Shown here: in pieces, positions 9,089-17,303 of the stretch
How positions within the stretch are numbered: position 1 is the first letter of the stretch
Layout of the letters: the number at the start of each line of letters is the position of its first letter
Virus record (IMG/VR): IMGVR_UViG_3300020050_008099
Length of the DNA: 20,000 nucleotides
From: an uncultured virus (IMG/VR IMGVR_UViG_3300020050_008099)
Lineage: Duplodnaviria; Heunggongvirae; Uroviricota; Caudoviricetes
Strand: one strand, 5' to 3'
Made by a program: the position numbers and the translations under genes
The notes under the pieces: generated by a model
Database searches by the model: none
What the model was told of the DNA's origin: nothing
The model's input: the letters and a program-made list of their open reading frames with translations, nothing else

Positions 9089-9448
9089 TTATTCCCCCTC
9101 TTTTGCGGGGAGGATGAAGATTCCATTACTTGTAATGTCAATCTTTTCTGTTTTAACTACCCCAGCTCTGTCTAACACCTCTTTAGAGGCTGCTAGAATC
9201 TCTTTATTTCCAAGAGCCATAGGTGTGTCTAAAATACCCACCATTTTTACAGCAGCTTTAGGACCATTTCTGGCAATGAAGTCTTTTGTCGCTTCAATAA
9301 TCTCGTCTTGTAAGACTTTTACAAGCTGTGTAGTTGGGTAGGTGTCTGAGTAACCAGCAAGTCTTTTTGCTTCTACCACATTTCCGGCAGCTTGGTCAAA
9401 CAGAACCTCTAAAAATAGTTTTTGCTGGTCACTCAGTTTTCTTGTCAT
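9089..9448 (-). CDS. Probable terminase small subunit
   Basis: LSDQQKLFLE...EAKRLAGYS HTH N-terminus and AASKEVLDRAG C-terminal motif typical of TerS; located in the packaging cluster. Confidence 0.7.
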   Translation of the reverse strand: MTRKLSDQQKLFLEVLFDQAAGNVVEAKRLAGYSDTYPTTQLVKVLQDEIIEATKDFIARNGPKAAVKMVGILDTPMALGNKEILAASKEVLDRAGVVKTEKIDITSNGIFILPAKEGE

Positions 9449-9984
9449 TTTTTGTACTTTAACAAACGAGCCTTAGCAGCAGCTCTTTTAGCTGCGTCTT
9501 TTTCGGCCTCAAGCTTAGGATTAGTTCCATTAAGGATAGCTCTTCCAAGAGCGGCACCGGGAACAGGGGTTTTGTTGACAGTGGCTTCATCAACCCTGTT
9601 AAGGGCTTTTGTTGCACGATCTGTAATAGCTTTAACACCTGCGTTCTTAACTGCAAGAGAGCGGCTACGCTGTGATTTGGAAGAGGGCGTAACACCTTGC
9701 TTAGGAATGGGCATTGTTGCAACATCCCCTTTTTTATAACCTTTTGCAGCGTCTTTGGCTACGGGGGTTTTTGCTTTAGGCTTGCTAGCAGATTTTGTTG
9801 CTGGTGCAGCAGTGGGTTCGGGGGCTTTTAAGATATTTTTTACTTTATCCGAACCACTCCAAATTTTTCCATTTGCGTTATAACCGCCCACAGAACCACC
9901 ACTTTTATTTTGTACGGAATCGCCTTTAACGACGTATCCAGCAGCTTCTAAAGCTGCTTTTTGAGATTTTGAGATTTTAGCCAT
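9445..9984 (-). CDS. Lys/Ala-rich basic hypothetical protein
   Basis: ORF track gives 9445-10053. The ATG at 9984 (MAKISKSQK) has a purine-rich upstream sequence and lies in the AT-rich backbone; ATGA overlap with TerS. Confidence 0.7.
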   Translation of the reverse strand: MAKISKSQKAALEAAGYVVKGDSVQNKSGGSVGGYNANGKIWSGSDKVKNILKAPEPTAAPATKSASKPKAKTPVAKDAAKGYKKGDVATMPIPKQGVTPSSKSQRSRSLAVKNAGVKAITDRATKALNRVDEATVNKTPVPGAALGRAILNGTNPKLEAEKDAAKRAAAKARLLKYKK

Positions 9985-10069
9985 TTTTTCTCTTTCAATT
10001 TCAGGCTCAATGCCCATGTTCCGAAGCGCCGACTCGACCTGTTCTCGCTGCACGATGAACCCCTGAATT

Positions 10070-10150
10070 TGGTGGAGCAGGAGGGTCGCGTGGTCCCCCT
10101 CTCACGGCTGCGTCTGCCTACCGCGCCCCCTTCCCGCTTGAGGCTGCCCC
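10070..10150 (-). ncRNA. tRNA-like cloverleaf with alanine acceptor identity (G3:U70, A73, CCA)
   Basis: RNA reads GGGGCAG CCUC-AAGCGGGAA-GGGG G CGCGGU-AGGCAGACGCA-GCCGUG A GAGGG-GGACCACGCGA-CCCUC CUGCUCC ACCA. No canonical T-loop or 7-nt anticodon loop. Confidence 0.6.
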
Positions 10151-10385
10151 GAAGGTTCGGTTCCTCTTATTGAGCCACCGAAAAGCCGTCATCGTCCCTG
10201 CTTTCGCGCTATTGCCTGCCCGTGCCGTTCGGCCCCGGACTCACGCTGGGGATGGACGCTCCCCGCTGCCTCAGTCGCGGTCCTTCCCCTTGACCCGGCA
10301 GTCGAGGAAGGGCGCGGCAGGGGCACCGGGGCTTGTGTAGAACGGCGTCACGCTGCCGGGTGCGATCTGGTCATAGTTGATGTTT
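10151..10385 (-). ncRNA. GC-rich structured RNA downstream of the tail fibre gene
   Basis: Long-range helices GCCGUUC/GAACGGC and GCCCCGG/CCGGGGC, an inner hairpin CUUCC-UCGAC/GUCAA-GGAAG, ACCCGGCA/UGCCGGGU complementarity and a GCGAAAGC tetraloop on the minus strand. Confidence 0.5.
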
Positions 10386-10392
10386 TGGGTCA

Positions 10393-13104
10393 TCAGAACC
10401 ACCTTCCGATTGCCGTGAGTGAAACAGTCCGATCAGCGGCTACCACTTCGCTGGTGATCGTTGTCGCATGCCAAAAACACCGCGTCGCGCTATCTGGATA
10501 GGCGTTAGCCCCAAACGCTGTGGAATTTCTGACCGACACAAGTACCGCAACCTCTGCTGATACAAAATTCGCCGGGTACGTCCAAAGTTGCCCGGGTGTG
10601 CGAAACCCGCCGTGAAGCGCCATTGTGCTGGCGAGGCTTTCGGTTTCCGTCTGCCAACAAATCTGGGTGCCGTCGGCGAAGCGGACGTACTCGCCTGCCC
10701 CCGTCACTCCGCGCTGCACGATGCCGCCCGTCGGCACACCGCCGCTTTGGCTCACCGGAGCGACGATGTTGCCCTGATTGTAGACCATATGCCCGTCGGT
10801 CGCCGCTGCCGGAACGCCGTCCAGCACGCGCAGTTCCGACGCATTGGCCCAGAGCCGCACGTCGCCGTATTGGCGGGGGGCCACGAATGTGCCCAAGGCG
10901 TTGTCACCGGCGGCGTCGATATCCCAGAGCGGCCCGTTGACCGCGCCGGATTGGGCCGATGTGCCCTTGAACACGCCCTTCATCATTCCCCAAAGGATGC
11001 GCGATGTAAGGCCGTTGATCGTGACCGATTGGGTATCCGCAGGAACTTCGCAGTGCTGGACAAACCAGCAGTTTGCGTAATGCTCGCCGACCGTCGTGTC
11101 GGTCAGGGTCAGGCTGTATCGCGGCCCGCCCATGACGATGACCGCCTCGTCCGGGGCGCAGGCGCAGACCTCCTGATGATACTGGTGGATCGTGTTGCTG
11201 CGGCAATCGCTAATGATCGCGGGGCCGCTCTTGGTGAGGTAAACATCGTCGCCATGAATTTTGATCTGGGACAGATAGGCGTTGGTGCCCGCGCCAAGAA
11301 ACAACCCGCCGCCGTAGTGCTGCTCGATCTGGATCGCGCTGAACTCGATATCGTTGACGGGCGGCCCAGGTTGATCGGCGTATTCTGCGGGCTGCGGGCC
11401 GCAGTGCAACGTCATCGAGGTGGTGAACACGCCGCTGGTGCTGCGGGTCGCCGCAACCGCAAGGCGCGCCGTCGATGCGTCGATTACTTCGGCGATGGTC
11501 GTGTGCAGGGTGCGGCCATCGTCCCCGGCGTTGACTAGCCAGACCATTCGGCCAACGTCGCCATCGTCCAGGACTTCCGCGTCCAGCGTGATTTCGTCCG
11601 ACGCGGCGGTGCTGGTGAAGCGGGCCTGCGCGAAGTGGATCGCGGCGCTGGAACTTGACGCAAACGGCGCGGTTTCAAAGGTTCCCGTCGTGGCACTGGT
11701 GACGGTCGCAATCCTGTTCGCCATCCCCCTGCTGTCCGAAGAACTTTCGGGATAGGTCGGCACGGCCTTGGTCAGGATGATGGCCGCGCCCACGTCATCC
11801 GCCGAGACCGTGCCGCTCGAAAGGGTGAAGTTCAGGCTGCTGGCGGTGATCGACGCAACCAGTTCATCGTCCCGGCGCAGGTACTGTGTGCCGCCCGACC
11901 CCAGCCGCATGTTATAACCGTCGCTGTTGAACGAACGCGTCAGGTAAAGCGCCGAGCCGCCGTAGTATGTGATGTTGAAATTTGCCAGCGTCCAGCCCAG
12001 GTTGTTGACCCCGAGGATGCCATTCGATGTGTCTTTTGTCAGCGTGGAGTAGTAGCCCCTGGCTGTCCAGTTGCGCAGGATTACATCTTCGCTATCTTCG
12101 GTGGACCCCATCCAGTTAAATTTCATCCACCACTGATCGCAACCCATCCGTTCCCACCGGATTTCGCAGCCCTTATCGCTGTCGCCGTAGATGGTGATGC
12201 CACTGGCCGCAACAGTTTCGCCTTGAGTGAAATCCAATTCAGCGGAGCAGCGATAAATCTTGTCAACGTATCCAACTTTCGCCACGCGGGCGACGTAATC
12301 CGCCCACTCCAACAGCGCCGGTGTGTCCAGCGCAACGTTGTTGCCGGGCGCGCCGAAATCTCCCGGCGTCACTACCCCGGCTGGCCTCCATTTCCGCCCG
12401 TTATTCGCCGTGATAGGCCCGTCCGCATCTGCCACCCAAACGCGCCCCTCAACTACAGCCGTGTTGACCGGTTCAGGCAGGTTGGCCGCAATAAAGCTTG
12501 CCCGTGTGTCAAAATCCGCCCGGTTGCCTTCATCAAACGGGATAGGCCGGGGCACCAGATAGGAGACACGATCACCGACGCGCAGCGCCTCGTTGAACGT
12601 CACCTCATCGCCCGCGACGGTGTAACCAACACCGTAGGTCTCAAACACCCCGTTGCGCGTCAGGATAAGCTTGTGATTGCCCGGATCAAAGGCCAGCGGG
12701 AACACCGCGCCCGCCGTCTCGACTACGAAGCTGTGAACCTCGTTCAAGGCCATGCTGGCAAGGACGTCGGCGGCAGCGGCAGCTGCCAGCGCATCGTCAG
12801 CGGCGTCTCCGGCATAGCCCTGCGCTTCATCGCGGGCGGTTTCAGCCAGCAAGCGATCAGCCTCTGCGGCGGCGGCATCCAGCCCGGTTTGCACACGGTC
12901 CGCTGCGGTTGCCGTGCGGTCAAGGCCGGTCTGAACCCGGTCAGCGGCGGTGGCGGAAACATCAAGGCCGGTCTGCACCCGATCTGCGCCAGTGGCCGTC
13001 GCATCCGCGCCCGCCTTGGCCGCGTTAGCCTCTACATCCGAAAGGATGTTATTAATTTTTGACCTGACAGAAGCTCCGGTCTCACCATTCTCAATTTGTG
13101 TCAT
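10393..13104 (-). CDS. Tail fibre/tailspike receptor-binding protein
   Basis: 903 aa. N-terminal 14-aa coiled-coil repeats, VTPGDFGAPGN..DTPAL entry to a pectate-lyase-like beta-helix, and C-terminal GEYVRFADGTQICW...LTAIGRWF fibre-tip domain. Confidence 0.85.
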   Translation of the reverse strand: MTQIENGETGASVRSKINNILSDVEANAAKAGADATATGADRVQTGLDVSATAADRVQTGLDRTATAADRVQTGLDAAAAEADRLLAETARDEAQGYAGDAADDALAAAAAADVLASMALNEVHSFVVETAGAVFPLAFDPGNHKLILTRNGVFETYGVGYTVAGDEVTFNEALRVGDRVSYLVPRPIPFDEGNRADFDTRASFIAANLPEPVNTAVVEGRVWVADADGPITANNGRKWRPAGVVTPGDFGAPGNNVALDTPALLEWADYVARVAKVGYVDKIYRCSAELDFTQGETVAASGITIYGDSDKGCEIRWERMGCDQWWMKFNWMGSTEDSEDVILRNWTARGYYSTLTKDTSNGILGVNNLGWTLANFNITYYGGSALYLTRSFNSDGYNMRLGSGGTQYLRRDDELVASITASSLNFTLSSGTVSADDVGAAIILTKAVPTYPESSSDSRGMANRIATVTSATTGTFETAPFASSSSAAIHFAQARFTSTAASDEITLDAEVLDDGDVGRMVWLVNAGDDGRTLHTTIAEVIDASTARLAVAATRSTSGVFTTSMTLHCGPQPAEYADQPGPPVNDIEFSAIQIEQHYGGGLFLGAGTNAYLSQIKIHGDDVYLTKSGPAIISDCRSNTIHQYHQEVCACAPDEAVIVMGGPRYSLTLTDTTVGEHYANCWFVQHCEVPADTQSVTINGLTSRILWGMMKGVFKGTSAQSGAVNGPLWDIDAAGDNALGTFVAPRQYGDVRLWANASELRVLDGVPAAATDGHMVYNQGNIVAPVSQSGGVPTGGIVQRGVTGAGEYVRFADGTQICWQTETESLASTMALHGGFRTPGQLWTYPANFVSAEVAVLVSVRNSTAFGANAYPDSATRCFWHATTITSEVVAADRTVSLTAIGRWF
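12855..12995 (-). repeat. Three and a part 42-nt (14-aa) tandem repeats AT(A/G)ADRVQTGLD
   Basis: Protein reads ATGADRVQTGLDVS-ATAADRVQTGLDRT-ATAADRVQTGLDAA-AAEADR. Confidence 0.85.
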
Positions 13105-13107
13105 TAA

Positions 13108-13293
13108 TTAGTCTTCCCAAACATATTCATCATTCCAGCCCGTGTCATCACTCCAAATATGGTCTACCACCTTTGGAACATAAGCAGTTGTTCTGCTCAC
13201 CCTTTGATAAGAGGTCTTTAATGACAATCTCTCTGAATTGGAGAGGGTAACGGTTTTAGGAAATTCACCTAATTGATCAACGAAACAGCCCAT
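13108..13293 (-). CDS. Small hypothetical protein
   Basis: ATG at 13293 with GAGGG upstream; ends WSDDTGWNDEYVWED just before the fibre gene. Confidence 0.55.
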   Translation of the reverse strand: MGCFVDQLGEFPKTVTLSNSERLSLKTSYQRVSRTTAYVPKVVDHIWSDDTGWNDEYVWED

Positions 13294-13317
13294 AACCAAC
13301 CCTCATCAAATTCATCC

Positions 13318-13464
13318 TTACCTGTAAACTTTTGCAGGGGTGCGAAGCTTTTCCACTTTTCTAATTAATAGTTCCCACTGGTCTTTTGTGGGGGCGTCTT
13401 GCTTAAACACGGTGAGAGCTTCTACAAACCCATCAAACCAATTTACAAATTCTGTTTGTGTCAT
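13318..13464 (-). CDS. Small hypothetical phage protein (48 aa)
   Basis: Manual translation MTQTEFVNWFDGFVEALTVFKQDAPTKDQWELLIRKVEKLRTPAKVYR; the F..W..GF.E....PT..QW pattern recurs in small phage proteins. Confidence 0.65.
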   Translation of the reverse strand: MTQTEFVNWFDGFVEALTVFKQDAPTKDQWELLIRKVEKLRTPAKVYR

Positions 13465-13563
13465 CTAAATTCTTTCTGAGGGAATAAGCAAGTTTGCTAC
13501 GGGCATCCGCCCAATCTAGTATATTTTATCGAAGTAAGCAGACTTTTCGCCACTCAAGAAATC

Positions 13564-13638
13564 TGGTGCTCTCACCCAGAGTTGAACTGAGTTCTACGGG
13601 TTACAAATCCGTTGCATCACCTTCAATGCTTTAAGAGC
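13564..13638 (-). tRNA. tRNA-Thr(UGU)
   Basis: GCTCTTA AA GCAT-TGAAGGTG-ATGC A ACGGA-TTTGTAA-CCCGT AGAA CTCAG-TTCAACT-CTGGG TGAGAGC ACCA. Confidence 0.9.
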
Positions 13639-14111
13639 AAGTTCTTTATATTCCATATGGTTTCGTTACACTACACTCATATGTATTACTATTAATATTT
13701 CTTAATATATTACTGGGGGCGTAACTAAGGTTTTTCTCTCAACCCCCTACCCCCAATACTATATGGCACTTTTTAGGGGTTTTGTTCCTTGAAAATAAAA
13801 AAATATTTTTTAACCCTCGTTTAAAATACTTTTTTGATCGAATATCGTCGAAGCAAAGCGTTGCTTCTCCTCTTACGTAAACAAGAGGACGAAAAAGGAA
13901 AGAGGGCTATATTTCTCAACCATAGCGAAGGAGCTTGGAGCCTTGTGTCGAAGTGGTTGTCAATGAAAAACCCATTTCTGTGGGAAAGTGTATATATAAC
14001 AACGCCTTAACCCCCCTTGGCCCATACCCCCCATACCCCCTATGCCTGTTTGCATACATAATCCCGAGTGATTTAGTCGGGTATTTGACTACACCTCTCC
14101 CCTCTCCACTG

Positions 14112-14201
14112 TAATTCAACGTTAAACAATCCAGAGAAAACTAGTTTAGTGCTAAACAATCTGCCCTATCCGCCGATAGACTAGTTTAACATTAAACTAT
14201 C
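14112..14201. repeat. Three 20-bp quasi-palindromic repeats (GTTTA-N4-TAAAC core)
   Basis: taattcaacgttaaacaatc (14112), tagtttagtgctaaacaatc (14142), tagtttaacattaaactatc (14182). Confidence 0.7.
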
Positions 14202-14769
14202 TATTGCCTGATTAGGTCAATGCTATTGCCCGACCTTCATACGCCCCATTAAAACCGCTTTGAAAATGCGTCTAAGCCTTTCGGCCATCACACCCTAAAA
14301 CAAATCGACTTGACACATAGGCGAACAATTCCGGTTTTCCCTATGTGATTCGCTATGTCCAGACACAAACCCTAGTATACCTTGTTATAGCATCACATCA
14401 CAGATTCCCCTATTTGTTACATCCTTTGTAACATTCCGTTACAATGCCTCTTTACTAGGCGATATTTATTTGAAGCCCCATTGCAGATTCCCTTCGACAG
14501 AGAATCCGCCCATATCTGATTCGTCCCTTCCTTTTCGTTCCTATCACATTCCCCTTGACGAATCGCTTGCTTTATGTCACGCGCAGGCCCGTTTTTTCCG
14601 CATGATCAAAAGATAACATTCTAAACTAATCAGTTCAAAAATAGGGCTATGCGAATCGTTTCCGTTCTGTCAAACAGGCTTCACCGGACGGCAGGCTAGC
14701 CGGAAGGGACTAGGGCCATGGGCTCTATGGAAAGGGGAAAGGGCGCTGGCCATAATAGCGCGAAAGGGC

Positions 14770-14803
14770 TTGACATAAGAGGCGAATCGCCTTAGGTGTT
14801 AAG
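14770..14803 (+). promoter_or_regulatory. Putative sigma70-type early promoter with GANTC in the spacer
   Basis: TTGACA at 14770, CGAATCG inside the spacer, TAGGTG/GTTAAG -10 candidates; upstream of the first rightward ORF. Confidence 0.5.
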
Positions 14804-14970
14804 TCAGCGAGAGGAAAGCTGGATTAGCTAAGACGGGCTTAGGCTTGTGGGCTAGGAAGGCTGGAAAGCTTGCAAATATATGGCAAAGCGCAAGCTTTGT
14901 TTGTTCTTTAAGAAACAATAGAACATATGTTCTATTCATGGCTATGGGATAGCTAGAAAAGGGGAATGCC

Positions 14971-15375
14971 ATGGCGACTCTGTCGTCTAAGGACAAGCTC
15001 ACTTTGAAACTGTCTGCCCAACGGGTGGAACGGTGGAATTGTGAGCGAATGAAACCTGCGAAGGATGTTTCCCGTTGCAAAGGCATTGTCTTTGCGCCGG
15101 GGCAGGAAAAGGAATCTCTGGAATATGGTGACAAAGATGTCATTGTTTCCAGTGGTGACAAGATGCGGAATGCTGATGCCAAGACGGCAAGGCAATTCGT
15201 GCGGCGTCATATGGGGTTTTCTGACTATACCCCCGATGCCAGCGAGATTCAGCCCATTGGCGCAGGCAAGCGCAAGAATAAGCTTGTCTATGTCGTGGGC
15301 GCTGACCGGGCTTCTGACAAGCCCAACAAGGCTTCGGCCTTCAAGAAAATTCCTTGGAAAACTCGGGGGGCATAA
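14971..15375 (+). CDS. Early hypothetical protein (134 aa)
   Basis: AAAGGGG RBS, ATG start, followed by a terminator-like hairpin. Confidence 0.75.
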   Translation: MATLSSKDKLTLKLSAQRVERWNCERMKPAKDVSRCKGIVFAPGQEKESLEYGDKDVIVSSGDKMRNADAKTARQFVRRHMGFSDYTPDASEIQPIGAGKRKNKLVYVVGADRASDKPNKASAFKKIPWKTRGA

Positions 15376-15397
15376 GCCCCCCTTCCCTTCCCTTTTC
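15365..15397 (+). terminator. Possible intrinsic terminator
   Basis: GGGGGC-ATAA-GCCCCC hairpin followed by TTCCCTTCCCTTTT. Confidence 0.5.
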
Positions 15398-15399
15398 TA

Positions 15400-16075
15400 G
15401 CTAGGCTTTGTAAGGACATTTGATTGTGTCTTTACATGGCCTTCCTACGGCCTTTTGAGAAATGTCTGGCAGGGATTATTCCCTTCCTAGAGAGACCTGT
15501 TGACGCCCAAGGCTAACGCTAAGGGGTCATAGAAGGGGCTTGACGGGAATCTGTGGAATGCTGCCAGCAACGCTAGGATAGCGTTAAATATCCCTTGGCG
15601 TCACGCGATAGCGCAAGTGACAGCGAAGCCCCAGTAGGGCTAGCTGTTCATGGCTAATCCGATGTATCGGGCAGCTTGCGTAAAAGGCGGACAAAAATAG
15701 ACGCCAATGTGGTGCAGAGGAAATGCTGCACCAATACCACATAAACAATCCCTTAACGATAAGATTAACGGTTTAGGACAAGAATTCCTATTATCATGGA
15801 ATGTTGCGCCTTCTCGTCAGTGCTGATTCGGGCAGGATTGGAACAACTGAAAGGGAGGGGAAACCCTCTTTAACGGAAGTTTGTGTGGAAAGCAACGCAA
15901 TTGGCTAGCCCCTCCTTAAGAGGGCCAACCCTTTACACTGGTGAGTGTAGGGGAGGGGCTGGCCTTGCATTGATGAACCTTCTAATCTTCTTCGCTTCAA
16001 CCTTCTTGAAAGAAACCGATAATTTATGGTGTGTAGGTCTTGAAGCTTGTTGAGGGTGGAGGGTTCTTCCATGCA
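15400..16075 (+). ncRNA. Large structured non-coding region (~670 nt)
   Basis: No credible ORF. Helices include TGTAAGGACAT/GTGTCTTTACA, CTGGCAG/CTGCCAG, TGACGCC-CAAGG/CCTTGGCGTCA, GGTGCAG/CTGCACC, GGCTAGCCCCTCC/GGAGGGGCTGGCC and GAACCTTCTA/TGGAGGGTTC. Confidence 0.55.
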
Positions 16076-16086
16076 AGGGGGTTAAA

Positions 16087-16272
16087 ATGAGACATGTGAC
16101 AATTACTGACCATTTTGGAGAGGGTCTTTGTGTTTATGAGGCCACCTACGAATCGCCTGAAACATACAAGGGCGATGATCTGAGAAAGATTGCTGGCCCT
16201 TTTGAAAGCTGGTCTGAGGCGGAGGAAGAGGCAGAGACCTACGCGAATGGGGATGAAATCTGCATCCTCTGA
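16087..16272 (+). CDS. Small acidic hypothetical protein (61 aa)
   Basis: AAGGGG RBS; GPFESWSEAEEEA motif. Confidence 0.7.
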   Translation: MRHVTITDHFGEGLCVYEATYESPETYKGDDLRKIAGPFESWSEAEEEAETYANGDEICIL

Positions 16273-16355
16273 CATTCCAGCGGACAAGGCACCAAAACAT
16301 GGTGCCTTGCTAGATGCAATGTCGCATCCTGCCAAAGCATTGAAGAGGTGTTATC

Positions 16356-16988
16356 ATGGCAAAAGAAAAAGGGCCTGCCAAGGCCAGCTTCGTTGATCAG
16401 GTCAACGACTATTGGGGCCGTCGGTCGGCCAATGGCACCGAAGGGCTGGCCCTTGTGGGCAAGCTGATGCTTCGGTTTGCCGACTATGGGGATTGGGATG
16501 CTCTGGCCCGGTTCGTCGTCAAGGCGGGCCAGCACGGCCAGCGTGAAAAGGTGGTGAAGATCATCCGGGCCGGGTTCGGCAATCATGTCACCTTCAAGAC
16601 CAATGCCAAGCACCCGGCGGGCGGGGAGTTTATCAAGGTGAACTGGACCGGGGAAAAGTTCCCCATCCGTCAGAGCAACACCTTCGGCATCGTCAAGGCG
16701 GCCATCGACAAGGGCCTGTCGTGGGACGACAGGGATTTTCAGAGGGAACTGCCCTCGGCTGACAAGAAGGCCCGGCAGGTTTCGGATGAGGCCACCAAGA
16801 AGGTGGTCAAGCATCTGGAAACCTATTGTGGCAAGCTGGCCGCTGATGGTTTCAATGTGGGTGAGGTTCTGGCCGCTTTGCAGAAGGAACTGGCGGCCAA
16901 GGTGAAGGCGGCCACCCCTGTCCAGAAAGCAGCACCTGTCCAGAAGTCGATGGTCAACGGTGTCACCGTCTATGAACCCAGCTTCTAA
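16356..16988 (+). CDS. Early hypothetical protein (210 aa)
   Basis: GAGGTG RBS; strongly GC3-biased codons suggest high expression. Confidence 0.85.
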   Translation: MAKEKGPAKASFVDQVNDYWGRRSANGTEGLALVGKLMLRFADYGDWDALARFVVKAGQHGQREKVVKIIRAGFGNHVTFKTNAKHPAGGEFIKVNWTGEKFPIRQSNTFGIVKAAIDKGLSWDDRDFQRELPSADKKARQVSDEATKKVVKHLETYCGKLAADGFNVGEVLAALQKELAAKVKAATPVQKAAPVQKSMVNGVTVYEPSF

Positions 16989-17024
16989 TGCTGGGGGATA
17001 GTGACAAGGTGCAATACCTAAAGG

Positions 17025-17054
17025 AACAGGGGGGCATTCGCTCCCCTGTCTCTT
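17025..17054 (+). terminator. Possible terminator hairpin
   Basis: ACAGGGG-GGCATTCGCT-CCCCTGT followed by CTCTT, after the 210-aa gene. Confidence 0.4.
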
Positions 17055-17152
17055 GGGTTACGTGGGCTTTGGAGAGGCATTCCAAGGGCTACCAAGTGTT
17101 GCTGATGGAAGAGAAAATCCTCATCTATCGGCTTCTTTCGTAGGAGAATACT

Positions 17153-17278
17153 ATGAGTGCAGAATTTAACCCGACTTTGGTGTGGTTCATCGGGGCTTGT
17201 TCCTGTTGGTATCACGGGGTGGGATTTTGGATGGGACTCTTCTGGCCTTGGTATCTTGGAGGGGTCTTCCTGCCCTAG
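17153..17278 (+). CDS. 41-aa Trp/Gly-rich membrane peptide
   Basis: AGGAG RBS; MSAEFNPTLVWFIGACSCWYHGVGFWMGLFWPWYLGGVFLP. Confidence 0.6.
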   Translation: MSAEFNPTLVWFIGACSCWYHGVGFWMGLFWPWYLGGVFLP

Positions 17279-17303
17279 GTTAAACACCCTCCCCATTTAG
17301 TTT

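Noticed and set aside
10070..10390. tmRNA
   Set aside because: The acceptor strands are only 81 nt apart, there is no T-loop, and no tag reading frame is evident.
10588..13062. Long plus-strand ORFs (316 aa, 279 aa and others)
   Set aside because: Antisense shadows of the GC-rich fibre gene; no RBS or motifs.
14112..14201. CRISPR array or CtrA boxes
   Set aside because: Only three degenerate repeats with 10-20-bp gaps and no cas genes; the spacing does not match TTAA-N7-TTAA.
16239..16814. 191-aa minus-strand ORF
   Set aside because: Antisense shadow of the codon-biased 210-aa gene.
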